This document shows positions 1 to 11,800 of a stretch of 64,000 nt of DNA, one piece after another. Source of the stretch: Bilabrum cf. latius (taxonomy: Eukaryota); assembly GCA_965178125.1 (NCBI GenBank), contig OZ237758.1, forward strand, positions 186,001 to 250,000, in the 5' to 3' direction. Under the pieces are notes generated by a model. That model worked only from the letters and a program-made list of their open reading frames with translations. It was not told the DNA's origin and searched no databases. The stretch's first letter is position 1. Every line of letters begins with the position of its first letter. The position numbers and the translations under genes are program-made.

Positions 1-2
1 GG

Positions 3-2645
3 GCAACAAGGATGGAGCAGGCGCAGGGGCAGGCGCAGGCCTCGCCAGCGCCGTCCACGGCAACGTTCGGTGCCGGGCTCGGGCGCACTGCTGATTCGCT
101 CGGATGGCAGCCGACTGGCACCGGCCACTCGTCACACGCTGCCACACTGGCCGAGAGAGTGCTCCATGAAACCAGGCGGCCAGTCCAGCAGCAGCAGCAG
201 CAGCAGCAGTCTACTGGCAGCTAGCTCGAGGGCAAGGGCAAGGGCAGGAGTGAGATTGCAACTGCGGAGGAGAAGCCCTCCGTGACTGTGTGGCTGCTGC
301 AGCGGCGCGTGGAGGCCCTGGAGAGGGAGAAGCAACAGCAACAGCAACTGCACTTCACGCAGAAGGACGAGGCCGCCAGTACCGGCAGCTGGTACGACAG
401 TGCCGACGAACAAGAAGCGGGTGAAGAGGATGACACGCTCGAGGACTTGGTGTCACCCCCGGCGCAGCCGCACCCATCTTCACGCGGTAGCAGGACACGC
501 AAGTCCACGCGGGCACGTGCCGCTTCTTCTTCTTCTTCTTCTGCGTCCAAGGGCAGCCGAGTCCGTGCTGGTTGCTCCTCCCGGAGAGGCGGGTCTGGTC
601 ACAGGCAGCAGCGGATGCGCTCTCAACCAAGTGGCGCAGCGCGTGCCAGGGATACCAGCAGAAAGGGCAGAGGCAGGGACAGGGACAGGGTTAGCCGCAG
701 CCATCGCCGGAGGGTGGCTTCCCTCTCGCCCGCATCTGCAGGGACCAGGGAGCTCGAGGCTGACGTATCGCCGCCAGCACCCGTCGCTGCACGCGGACGC
801 GTTCACAGAGGGTCCAAGGCCCGCAGGGTCTCCACCCGGGCCGCGCGCACTGTCCCTAGCTCTGGTTCTGGGTCTGGCCCCGCCAAGGTGCTTCCCTGGG
901 AGCATGCTGCAGGTTTGCATGCAGCTGGCCACGGCCGCATGGAATCGAGCGCATTTGCGCCCCTTGGGGAGGAGGACGAGACGGGGTCATATGCGGAGGA
1001 GTAGGAGACTGGCAGCTCGATGGTGGATGACTCAGGCGCGCTGAACACCGTGAGTGAGTCAAGGCACTACGTCGTTGAGGAGGAGGAGGAGGAGGACTCG
1101 AGGTTCGGGCCTTCCAATGGTGTCCTGCCAGCCGATTCCACGACTGACATGTCTGCGGCGCTGGACGAGGAGGAGCGCATGAGGATGAGGAGCAAGAGCA
1201 CAGCGGGAGCAGAATACGATGATGAGGAGGAGGAGCAGGAGCAGGAGCAGGAGGATACGTCGAATGGCAGTGACCTGCCAGCCCCGACGGCCCTCGTGTT
1301 CAGAGAGGCAGCCAAGGACCGGAGAGCATTCCCCCTCGCTGGCGCGAGAGCGAGGGGAGCGAGGGCGCCGGAGAACAAGGAGGGGAGGCGGCACGCAGCC
1401 GAGTCTGCCGCGAGGGTGAGGCGGTCCAAGTCTAGGAGCAGGGGCGCCAAGAGGAAGAGCAAGAGCAAGAGCAAGGGCAAGGACAGCGGTCAGCGCGAGG
1501 CCACTGGCGCGGCGATGCCTTGCAAGGCAGGTGGACCGCGACTGGTGGGACACACGCCTATCCGCGGCGCATCGGCGAACGCCCCTGCTCCCGCGTAGAT
1601 GGTGCCATGGGAGGCCCCCGGGCATGCCTCGCGGTCGCGTTCCCTCCCTCGTGGCGTGCATCGCACTGCGGGGCATGCCAGGCCAACGGCTGGGGCAAGC
1701 TCCCTTGGGACGGGGGCCGCCCCTCGGCGGGCAGCTCCCAAGGCCTCCCCGCACAAGGGGCCTGGTCGCAGAGCCGTGTCCACTCCGAGGAAGGACCACA
1801 AGGCGGGTGCTTCCAGGCCAGGGGTCGGGGTCGGGGGAGAGGCAGGGGCGCCTTCCGCTGCCCTCGGTACGACGGGGCCTGGGCGTGCCCCCGCCGGACC
1901 GGTCAGCTGGAACACTCGTCATCTCAGCAGCAACAGTAGTCACACTAGTAGCTCCCGGCCAGTGGGGCCATCTCTTGCTCGGCCGGGAAGCTCGCTACCT
2001 TCGTCTTTGGCGAAGCCGCTCCAGCCCCACCCCCACCAGAGCTCTGGCGCGGTGGCAGCCGAGGTCCAAGCGATGCTCATGAGAGCAGAAAAAGACGCAC
2101 AGCAGGGGCACGGGCAGGCAGCCGCACTAGCGGCCGCGCTGCGCCGGGCCATGGGCGTGGATGGCAGCGGCCCGGTGGCCGGCGGCGCGTCAGTGGCCCA
2201 GTCGAGGGGGCCTTGGCCCAGTGCCGCCAGTGCCATTGCCAGCCACGGACCGGCCTCTCGTTCTAGTGGCCCGTGGAGCAGCTCTGGGAGAAGCATGGGA
2301 CCGTCACTGATGGACGCGAGTTGCTCGCAGCGGGATGCGAGCATGGGCAGAGCGCGTGCCAGCCAGGTCGGCGGCGAGCTGGATGCTTCTGACGGGTTGG
2401 ACGGGTCGTGGGCCGAGGTGCAGGAGCAGGAAGAGGGGGAGGAGCGTCACGAGGGAAAGGGAACAGGCGGGGGTCCCGTGGTACTTGAAGTGAGCGCGAG
2501 TGGGGCGGTCGATGCGGGGGCGGGACCCCAGCTGGGGCGAGGGGCGAGCGTGGGTCAGCAACAGGGTGGCATGAACGAGCTGCCGGCCGCTTCCCGCAGC
2601 AGCGCTCTGTCGCCTATCCCTCGAGCCAATAGATTGCGAGCATGA
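3..2645 (+). CDS. Hypothetical low-complexity protein, probably 5'-truncated by the window edge
   Basis: ORF-track pieces 12-224, 282-1004, 1020-1598 and 1599-2645 share one frame. They are separated only by TAG (222, 1002, 1596) and the frame ends in TGA. Q/S/R/E-rich, with no recognisable domain. Confidence 0.7.
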
Positions 2646-2810
2646 ATACATCTTAGTTCTGAGTGCAATACGACTTGTTTGCTTCGAATTCGAATCGCGT
2701 GAGCCACACTGCGTGCCATAGAGGCCCGTTTGGAGCCGGTCACGATCGATCCGATGGTTTCGAGCCAGCCTTCGCCCGCCGCGTGGCCGCGTTCCTGGCA
2801 CACTTCTGCG

Positions 2811-4352
2811 ATGACAACCATCGATGTAATTGCCGTGGTGGCAATATGGCTGCTAATTTCCATTATTTGGGCAGCAACTGATCTGCTGGTATACTTTGGG
2901 CTGTGCTGCTTGTGCTGTAGAAGCCAAACGGGCGCCGATCCAAACCAGTCTGTAACCAACAACTCTGCAGCCGCGGCCAACGATGCAGATGAGGCGTCAC
3001 GCCCCTTGACTCCAACCAAGGATGAACAAACAGGATCTGGTTATAAGAAGAGCTCCGGCAATGTCGCGGAGGAGGGGCAGGCCAACGTGCTTTGCTGCGG
3101 ACGATTCGGTGGCTGCTGCACCTTGGGGCAGTACCCCCTCTTGCAGCTGCTGTTTCATTTGACCCTATCCTTTCCAATCGGATTTCTGGCAGCGGCTGCA
3201 ATTATCGCAGCGTATGTGGCAGCCACGGCGAACGCGAACAGGTTTCCCGGCGTGGCCTCGGGCGAATGTGAAGACTCTTGCACGCCGGGCGGTGACCAGT
3301 ACTGCTGCAGCTACAACCTGCAGACCCGTAGGTTTGGAATAAATAATTTTACCGGTAGCGCAAACCCTTCAGATGTGTGGTTCTCTTCGGCTTACGCCGA
3401 GGACCGCTTCGGGCCGGGCGGGGCCGTGCTGGTGGATCCCTCCGAGAGCCAGGCCGGCCTGCCGGACGGCACAGACCTGCACGGCTGGTACTTTGTGAAC
3501 GCAACGGACCCCGCCGCCGATAGTCCTGGCTGCAGCACTCCCACGCCGTGGCTAACCATCTTGTACAGCCATGGTTCGGGCTGGAACGTCGGAGTTGAAT
3601 ACCGCAAGTCGCGGTATGAGTGGCTCCTGTCCCTTGGGAGGGTGAGGGTCTTCGTCTACGACTACCCCGGCTACGGCAAGTCCGAGGGCAGTCCCACCCC
3701 AGAGAGCGTGTACACTTCCTCCTTGGCCGCCCTTCGCTGGCTGGAGGCGCGGGCTGCCCTCGAGGAGCCCGGGCGAGACCCCCGGGGGGCGGGGGACCGG
3801 ACCGTGCTGCTGGGCCGCTCCCTGGGGGGCAACCAGGCCGTGCGACTCGGAGCCGAAACGGTACCCCGGGACGGTCCAGCCGAGGAGGCCCTCAAGTCGC
3901 GCGGGGGCCGCGCCAGGGCCGTGCTCTTGTGGAGCAGCTTCACCTCGTGGCGGGAGTCCACGGCCTACATCTACCCATTGCTCGGCTGGGCCATGGGCGG
4001 GCCCCTGCAGCCCAGCGAGGGGTACGACACCGCGGAGCAGATCCAGCCGTACGGCCAGGGGTCTCAGGATGCGGGAGAGGCACCTCCCCCCGCGTGCCTG
4101 TTTTAGTCCCACTCCCCTGACGACGAGTGGGTCAAGTTCCAGGACGCCGAGAGGGTCTTCGAGGAGGCGAGCGACGTGCCGACGGAAGCGATTCCCCCGG
4201 CGCAGTCGGAGTCGTGCCCGGGGAGGCCGAGCGGCCCCGTGGACTGCAAGCGGTTCGTCCGGCTGCCTGCGGGCACGAAGCACGACGACGGCATCACGGC
4301 CGAGGAGGAGCCGCTGCTGCGCGAGTGGCTACAGGCGCAGCGAAACAGGTGA
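2811..4352 (+). CDS. Membrane-anchored alpha/beta hydrolase (ABHD13/ABHD17-like), about 513 aa
   Basis: Two hydrophobic segments, then ILYSHGSG, YDYPGYGKSEGSP and the GRSLGG nucleophile. After the in-frame TAG at 4104 come SHSPDDEWV (Asp) and KHDD (His), then TGA at 4350-4352. The start could alternatively be 2754. Confidence 0.85.
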
Positions 4353-4708
4353 ATTAGGGCCTTCATGTGTGCCGCAGCCCACTTGGCTGCTGGCTTCTGT
4401 CAGAAAAAAGCAAAAATGTCGCATGCAGACGAAAAACATCTTGCGCAAGTGTGGCATGGGATACGCTAACCGATGACATTCGTGGGATGCGTGCGATACA
4501 CCGAAGACTTGCTAACACCGAAGCTATTTGTCGATCCAATGGATCACTACGAGGAGAAAGGGCCGGCGAATAGCGGCGCACCCCAACCCTCACGCAGCTC
4601 TCCACAAGCATGCAACTCCGGCTGATACCACCCCTGAGCAACCGTTCCACAACTGACAGCGACTCGATCAAGTTCGAGACGCCATCAAACCTAACCTATG
4701 TAGCCCAT

Positions 4709-5451
4709 TTACTGCTTGGAAGCAGCGATGGCGCGGGCAAGGTCGTCGTCCTTCTTCTTGGCCCGCTTCTCGCGGCGGCGCTGGGCCTTGGCCTTGGCAA
4801 GCTCGGCCTGGTCAGCGAGGGCCTTGGCGCGGCGGCGCTCATCCTTCTCGTGGTGGATCACCTCCATGAGCTGCTTCTTGCTCTTGTGCTTGTTGCCCTT
4901 GATCTGCATGTAGAGCGCCTGGTACAGGTGCTTGTCAATCTTGCGCTGCTCCCTGTAGCGCTTCAGCATGCGACGCAGCACGCGAAGACGGCGCATCCAG
5001 ATAACCTTAGTAGGCAAGCGAGCCTCGCGGGTACCCTTGCGCTTACCGGGACCGGAGTGGCGACCCAGCTTCTTGGCCTCGGCGCGCTTGTTCACGCGAG
5101 CCCGGGAGTGGATCACGGTCGGCTTCTTCAGGATGAAGCGGTCCTTGATCATCCTCCGGATGTTCTGGCGCGAATGAGCCATGGAGATCTCCTGGATCTC
5201 ACTGGGGTCCAGGTAGACTGCGAAAGCGAAGAGAAAGGTCCGGCCGGATGCCAGTTGCTGTCGAAAGCTCGAGTTTCGGCGTCAGCACCGGCGGCTGCCG
5301 GTGCTACTGCTGCATATCTCGCAGAGAATATGCAGTACAACATAACTAATGCACCTGCTGACATGGTGCGCAATATGCTTGACTTACCCTTGCGCTTGCC
5401 GCACTTCAGCACGGACGCCGCCAGGCGCTTCTGGACGCGAAGGTTTGTCAT
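4709..5451 (-). CDS. RPL19: 60S ribosomal protein eL19, 190 aa, 2 exons (5451-5388, 5217-4709)
   Basis: [21 protein letters not shown] joins [22 protein letters not shown]...[16 protein letters not shown] across a GTAAGT...TCGCAG intron at 5218-5387. Ends in TAA. Confidence 0.97.
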
Positions 5452-5876
5452 GATCCCACCCTGCGAAATCCAGAGGTGCAGGTTAATAACATTTGCGCAG
5501 TATGATCATTACCAAGGCAGTGAGCTTTGCCAAATCACGCATGCGGCCCAGGCACGAGTCTGGAGCAACGAGGTGCAGCAACTGTTGGGTGCTACAGCAT
5601 ATGTACGAGATTCACTGCAGTTTTGCAGTACACAGTGCATTTATTTAGTGACCATATTAACAGGTTCCGAAAGAACAGCAACCTGGATAGACTCCAGCGG
5701 CCTCACCAGTCAATTCAATGGTCTCGGCACCCTGGTGGTTTGGCAGTCGATCCGATCCCGAATAGCACCCAACAATCATTAAAATCCGAATCCAGGTGAA
5801 ACCGATCCGGGCTACATCCTCTTCGCAAGAAGTACTCGTTATAACAAAGATTCGGTAATCAACAGATGGTAGTATA

Positions 5877-8800
5877 ATGAGTCAAACTTCTTCCGAAAGA
5901 CAGCGAGAAAGCAGAAGGAATGTGTCTGACGCGGGGCAGAATGGGTCTCCGGCGGTGACGAGTGCTCTTAAACATGCAACAGGGCCGCGATAGGGGCCTC
6001 TGCAGGTGTCTACCTCAGAGCAGCCTATCAGAGATATGGATTTTGCCCAGACACTGGCTGTGCTGCATCGTATTGCGAGCGAGGGAATAAAAAATAGCGC
6101 TGCAGTGAGGTAGCTGCTTCACCAGGTGATCAGGCTCGCAAAAACAGCTATTAAGGACGGGGAGCCCCAAGATCATGGTGTCGCGCTTGAGGTTTTGTGC
6201 CCTTACTCTGTAGTGCGCGATAGCATGCTGCGGTCGACCTGTTTTCGGGCGCTGCGGTACGTAGTTCACACTCCGGACGCGGCAAGGGCATTCTGCGGGA
6301 CTAGACTTGTGCTTCCAGTGGCGCGCTCGCTGGATCGTGACCACCAGTATCTTTTAGAACGCACAGAGGCCCTAAAGCTAGCTAGGGCAGTGATTCAGCT
6401 AGCCCCGTCCTTCGCCCCTCGAGCACTGGTGCGAAGCATCGTTGTACTGGCTGCCACGCCTGGCGAGCTTTTTCGGATGGCGTGTATTGACACGCTGCTG
6501 CTATGGATAGTTGATGCGCGTACAATGCGCACGGTAGTCTCTTGCAAGGGAATTGACGCGCTGGCAGCCGCGGTGGTGGACCCCGAGTGTGCGAGCAAGT
6601 CGGTTCGCATCGCGCTCACCCTCGTGCTCGCTTCAGACAGCAGGGCCACCCGCAGGCTCGTGGAGCCCTCTCGATGGATCCGAAAGATCGTGGCCGTGTT
6701 CTCTTTGTTTGCTCGTGAGACTGGACGTGGTTCCGGCCGCGTACCACCCCGGACCTGACGATACCTCCACTCTGCTCTGCCCAGTACATCTCCCCAACGC
6801 TCGTGTTGCATGCCTCATCCATCACCCGCGCAGTACAACCCGACCGGAAGCCCACCACGTCAGACCGCCGCCGCTGGGCCCTGGCCCGACAGGCCCTTGT
6901 TACCATCGGCCGCACGTGGCCGGGTCTGCTGCTTCTGTGCGGGTGCCAGGACGGCCTCCCCTTCCTGGCGGCACTGCTGTTCAGGGCAAAGGACCTGGCC
7001 CCCGACTGCGCGCTGGCGGTGATGCGACTTTTGGCAGAGCTCATGGCGCTGCCTGCCTTCCACTGGGCGCACCCCCTCGCCCAGGCCAGGGCACTGGCAG
7101 GGGCGAGGGCCAGGGAGAGGGCAGTGGCCAGGGTCCAGGACCACCAGGCGCTCAGGGCGCACTTGGCCGCAGAGAGAGGCGGCAGGGGCGGCGTAGGGGC
7201 TGGATCCGGGGGGCCGGCCAGCAGCCAGGACGTGTCTGCCAGCCTCTCGGCCAGCTTCGGGGTGGGGGGTGGGTCGGCTGCTGGGCTGGGGCCGGGGCTG
7301 GCGCCTGCTCGGAGCCAGAGGAACGCGAGCGTGGACAGCGAGTCGGCGTCGGAGGCAGGAGACGGAAGGGGTAGCAGTGGTGCCCAGGACGGACCCAGGG
7401 AACACAGGAGGGGGGCAGGGGAGGGCTGGCTTGGAGCACTGCCGGGAGCAGCCCATGGCACCCGTTGGATGCCTGGCCCCCCTGGGCCGATGCCGACCGC
7501 ACCGGCGCGATATGCTTCCCCCCAGCCCTCCGTAGACTCGGCGTCATATTTGGGCCTGCAGCCAGAAATGACGGCGGCGTACTGGGTGAGCGTGGCAGCA
7601 AGAGGCGCCACCGGACCCACCACGCACGGTCAGGCTCTGCGCGCGAGCGCATCGGCGGCGCACCGCCTGCAGAGGCTCGTACAGCGGGCCGCGGGTGGGG
7701 ATGGCGCTGCGCAAGAGGCCGTGCGGAACCGTGGACTTGGGGGTGCCCCCACCTCCCGACAGACCTGGAGGCATGCGGCAGCATACCGGGCGGCTCAGCA
7801 GCACTAGCATCAGCACCAGTAGCATCAGCACGAGCAATCTGATCAGCGGGGCGGCCCTCACCAGGAGCACGAAGGAGGGGAAGGGGGGCAGGGAACAGAC
7901 GGTGCTGGCACTGGAGAGGAGCAGGCTGTGCCCAGGCGGGACTCGGCTGACGGCGCCGGAGCAGCCTGGCGAGCCACCAGGGGGCGTGTGGACAGGGGCT
8001 GGGCGGATGGGTAGGGGGCCGGGTCTGAGCTCTGTGGCGACGACCTCGTGCTGCACTACCGTGCCGTCCTCCTGCAGGCGCTTCTGGGCTGCCGGCTGGT
8101 CCCTGCCCTGTGCCTCGCAGCCACCTCGCAGGACGCACTGGTCGGTCTCGCGGCCGCCTCTTTGCTCAGGGCTGTCGCCACCCAGGCGTTCGGGGTGCTG
8201 CCAGAGGCGCTCGCCGCCAAAGCGCTGGCGGCCCCGGATCTCCTGCAACTGGCGGCACTGGCTAGGACGGGCGAGGCACCCCCGGGACCCCCCGATGCCA
8301 CCGGATTCTTTGGGAAACGGATGACCGGGGCGTCTGCATCGCGGGGAGGGAACAGGGGCGGTGTGCCCCCTGCCCCGTCAGCAGGCACCGATGCCCCAGA
8401 CGATGCTACTCGAGGGCACTCCGGTGCCCTATGGGGCTCTGACCCAGGGAACAACGGTGGGGCCACCCGCCGCAGGAGGGAGCGCGCCGAGAACCGCCTG
8501 ATGCGGGCGAGGAGGGCGGCGTGGATGGAGGCCGAGTCGCCCGTGTCGGTGCAGAGGAGACTCGCCTTCATTCGCAGCGTCATGGGCACGCAGGCAATTG
8601 CGCTAGGCGTGCCCAGGCCTGTCAGGGCGGGGGCACCGGAGGGTGGGGCCTGGGCGGGCGGGGGCTGGTGGGACCAGCCGAGGCCGGTACGAAGGGGGTG
8701 GTCCGCGCGCGGGAGTGGGGCCAGCGGTGCGGGTGCATCGCACGGTGGTGACGCCCCCGGCTTTGCCGCTCCTGCCCCCGAGGACCTTGGCATGCGGACG

Positions 8801-11800
8801 GCACGTCTGGCGGCGCTCTGGGGCTGGGGCCTGCCGGTGCCGGTGGAGCCTGCCAGCCCGTGGGAGAGCGCGATCGAGCCGTACAGGGGGTCGGCGCTGC
8901 TACGGCAGGGTGCAGCGCATGGCGGTGCCGACGAGCACGCCCGCCGCTCCGGGTGGAGCGCGGCCCCTCGGCTGCCCATGTCCACCACGCTGCTGATGGT
9001 GCGTTCCCTCCAGCGGCAGGGGCAAGGGGTCCCCCAGCAGCTGGGTGCAGTCGGGCCGGGCGCGGCTGCCACTGCGACCCTCAAGTTCGCTGACGTCACT
9101 GTAGACCCGCTGCACCCCTTCGTGTCGGGGGGAGGCCTCTCGTTGTTCCCCAAGAGGGCAGAGACGTGGGACGTGGACGTGGTGCCGATGCTGGACGGGA
9201 CCCGGCAGGCAGGGCGTGGGGAACACAAGGTTGGGGAGGAAGCAGCGCCGGGAGCGGGGCTTGCACTGGCGCTGGGGCCCTCCCCGGAGGCACCCGCCAT
9301 CGCAACCCGTCCTGCCATCGCCGGTGTCGTGGGGCAGCAGCGCAAGCACGTGCTCGGTGGCGGTCCTGGCGCACTCGTCACGCGCATGGTGCCGCCCGCG
9401 ACCCCCCGGCACGGCCATGCGGGCATGGACTCGTTCGATGAGATGCACCTGCCTGGATTCGGTGCAGAAATGGGACAGGAAACAGCTGTCTCGGCCGGGG
9501 GCGACCCTGCCTCGGTAGTATTGGGCGGAAGCAGTGGCAGCAGCAGTGGCGTGCAAGGGGGCGCCGGTGCGGGGGCAGATTCGGGGCGCGGCGGCGGCAT
9601 GCTTCGCATCGCGGTTCCAGGCGACGGCAGCAGCCGGGGAGGGGACAGCGAGACCGGGCTCATGCTCTCGCCCGCAGCCGGAGCTCCAGCCATGCCTTCC
9701 AGCTACAGGGACAGCTCCATCCGTCGAGGTTCCGTCGTGATCCCACCTCGCTCCGCGCGGCGCCCCTCCATCCGTCAGAGCCTGGCAGGTCGCAGCGATC
9801 AGGCCGGCATGTTTGCCGGCTGGGGCCCGCGAGGAAGCGGGGCTCCCAGCGAGTCGGGACTGATGGACTCCGCGCACGGCTCACAGGTGGGCACCCCGCC
9901 CTCCTTCCAGGTCGGCGCCGCGCATTTGCAGCGCAGCGGAACCATCTACCACGACCCCTCCGGTGGGTCCTACGGGGAGGACACGCCTAGCGGGCTGGGC
10001 CCTTCCCCTGGAGACGTGAAGATCTCCTCCGAGGTGGCTCGCGCGATGGCACTTGCCCTAGCCGAGGGCGGTGAGGGACCAGAGACCCGGGCAGGGACTG
10101 GCTTCGGGTGGGACGGGACGGACAGGGAACAACGAGCTGCGGGTGGCGTTGATGACCAGGGGGAGGACGTGTGGGCGACCCCTCGAGTGGGCGCTGTGCC
10201 GGCTGGCGAGAAGCTGACCGCTGCAGGAGAGCACGGGCATGATGAAGGTGATGGTACGCTGGGCTCCATGCGAGAGGGGAGTGAGCATGAGAGCGAGGAC
10301 GGGGGATTGGGGAGCCCATTCATGCTTCCAGAGGGCGCGCACAGGGGCGATGAGGAGGATAAGGAGGGTGCCTGGATGCAGGAGGGCCCCAGCACGGGCA
10401 GCACAGCCTTTCACCAGGCCATGGTGTGGCGGGTGCCCTCTGATACGGAGCACCTCACAAGGGGATACTCGCACCAGTACCAGGGGGATACTTGGCAGCA
10501 GACGCATGGAGAGGATATGGTGCAGCTGCAGGGGCTTGCGGCGCGCCGGCGTATCAAGGTCGCCCGGCTGCCCACGCTGGGGTACCACAGCTCTCGATCT
10601 GACGGGCGGGAGGCTTCAATCCGTCACGAGCTCGTGGAGCAGGCAATGGCGCGACTCGTGGATCAGCGGTGGGAGGAGGGAGCGGGCACGCTGGGCGCCT
10701 CTGGTGGGGGCGTGTCTGTGGCAGGGAACTATCTGCACGGTTTCTTTGAGGGCGGCGGGGCGTGGCTCAGGCAGGCACGGGAGGCTGACGAGCAGGCTGC
10801 CGCTGGGGAGCTGGCCGGGGCGGGCGCGTACAACCGCAGCGAATCATTGCACAGCGGTTACGAGGAGGAGGAGGATGAGTACTATGATGATGCGGGCGAG
10901 ATGAAGGATGGGGGGGACGAGAGCAACTGGCAGGCTGCTTCGAGGGTGGCGGGGGGCAGCGAGGGCAGTGCCTATGCAGGAGACCGGGAATGGCGCGCGC
11001 AGATCGAGCCCATGGCGCTGCCCGGTCTGGCCGGGATCTTCAGCGGGAGCAGTGGGTCCGGGAGGGGCGGTCTCAGGGTGGGTCACCATGGGCCCACTGA
11101 GGAGGAAGCCGGGCTGGCGCACGTTCTGTCCATAGGTGAGAGCGGTCCCACGGGGTTCATGGGCACGGGCATGCTGCTGCGGCGAGAGATCGCGCAGGCC
11201 GCCACGCGTGCTTCTGACCTTCTCATGGCCCTTGATGCGCACCTCGAGGCGCTCATGGACTCGGCCCAGGCCGCGTCCCAGGCTCTCCTCGCCTCTGTCG
11301 TGGACCAGGCCGTGGCCGAGGCAGGTGACGCTGCGGGGTCAGCGGAGGGCATGGCGGGTGGTGATGGGCCCAGCGCGGAGCACCTGGCCGCCTCCGCTGC
11401 GGCGGGTGTCACTGCCGGCACGAAGAGGCGGGGCGGCAGCGGAACAAGGGCAGAGGGCGGAGTGTCCGGCGGGTCCGAGAGAGCCGGCTCGGGCGGACCT
11501 GGCGGGAGTGCGGCACCGGCCTCCATGGCGGGTCACCTCCCCGCAGGCGGTGACGTGGAGCGACAGGCCGATGCGGAATCGGAGCTGCTGGCGACGGACC
11601 GGGCGCGGCTCGTGTCTGCGTATGCCGGGAGGTAGCTGAACGATGCTTTTGCAGCCGACGGGGAGAGGCAGGCCGCTCTCAAGAGGCAGGGCGCCTCTGC
11701 AGATGCGATCGGGCAGGCGCCGCCGGAGGGGCTTCAAGTGGCGGCCAGGACGGCGGCCGAGCGCAGCAGGCTAGGGGCCGCCCGGCTCTCCCTTCGGCAG

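Noticed and set aside
4610-5782. 390-aa plus-strand ORF
   Set aside because: It is antisense to eL19 and its intron, and has no independent coding signal.
6715-6784. Alternative shorter Rictor intron ending at AG 6784
   Set aside because: It leads into the wrong frame. The acceptor at 6833 restores the Rictor-like GRTWPGL block.
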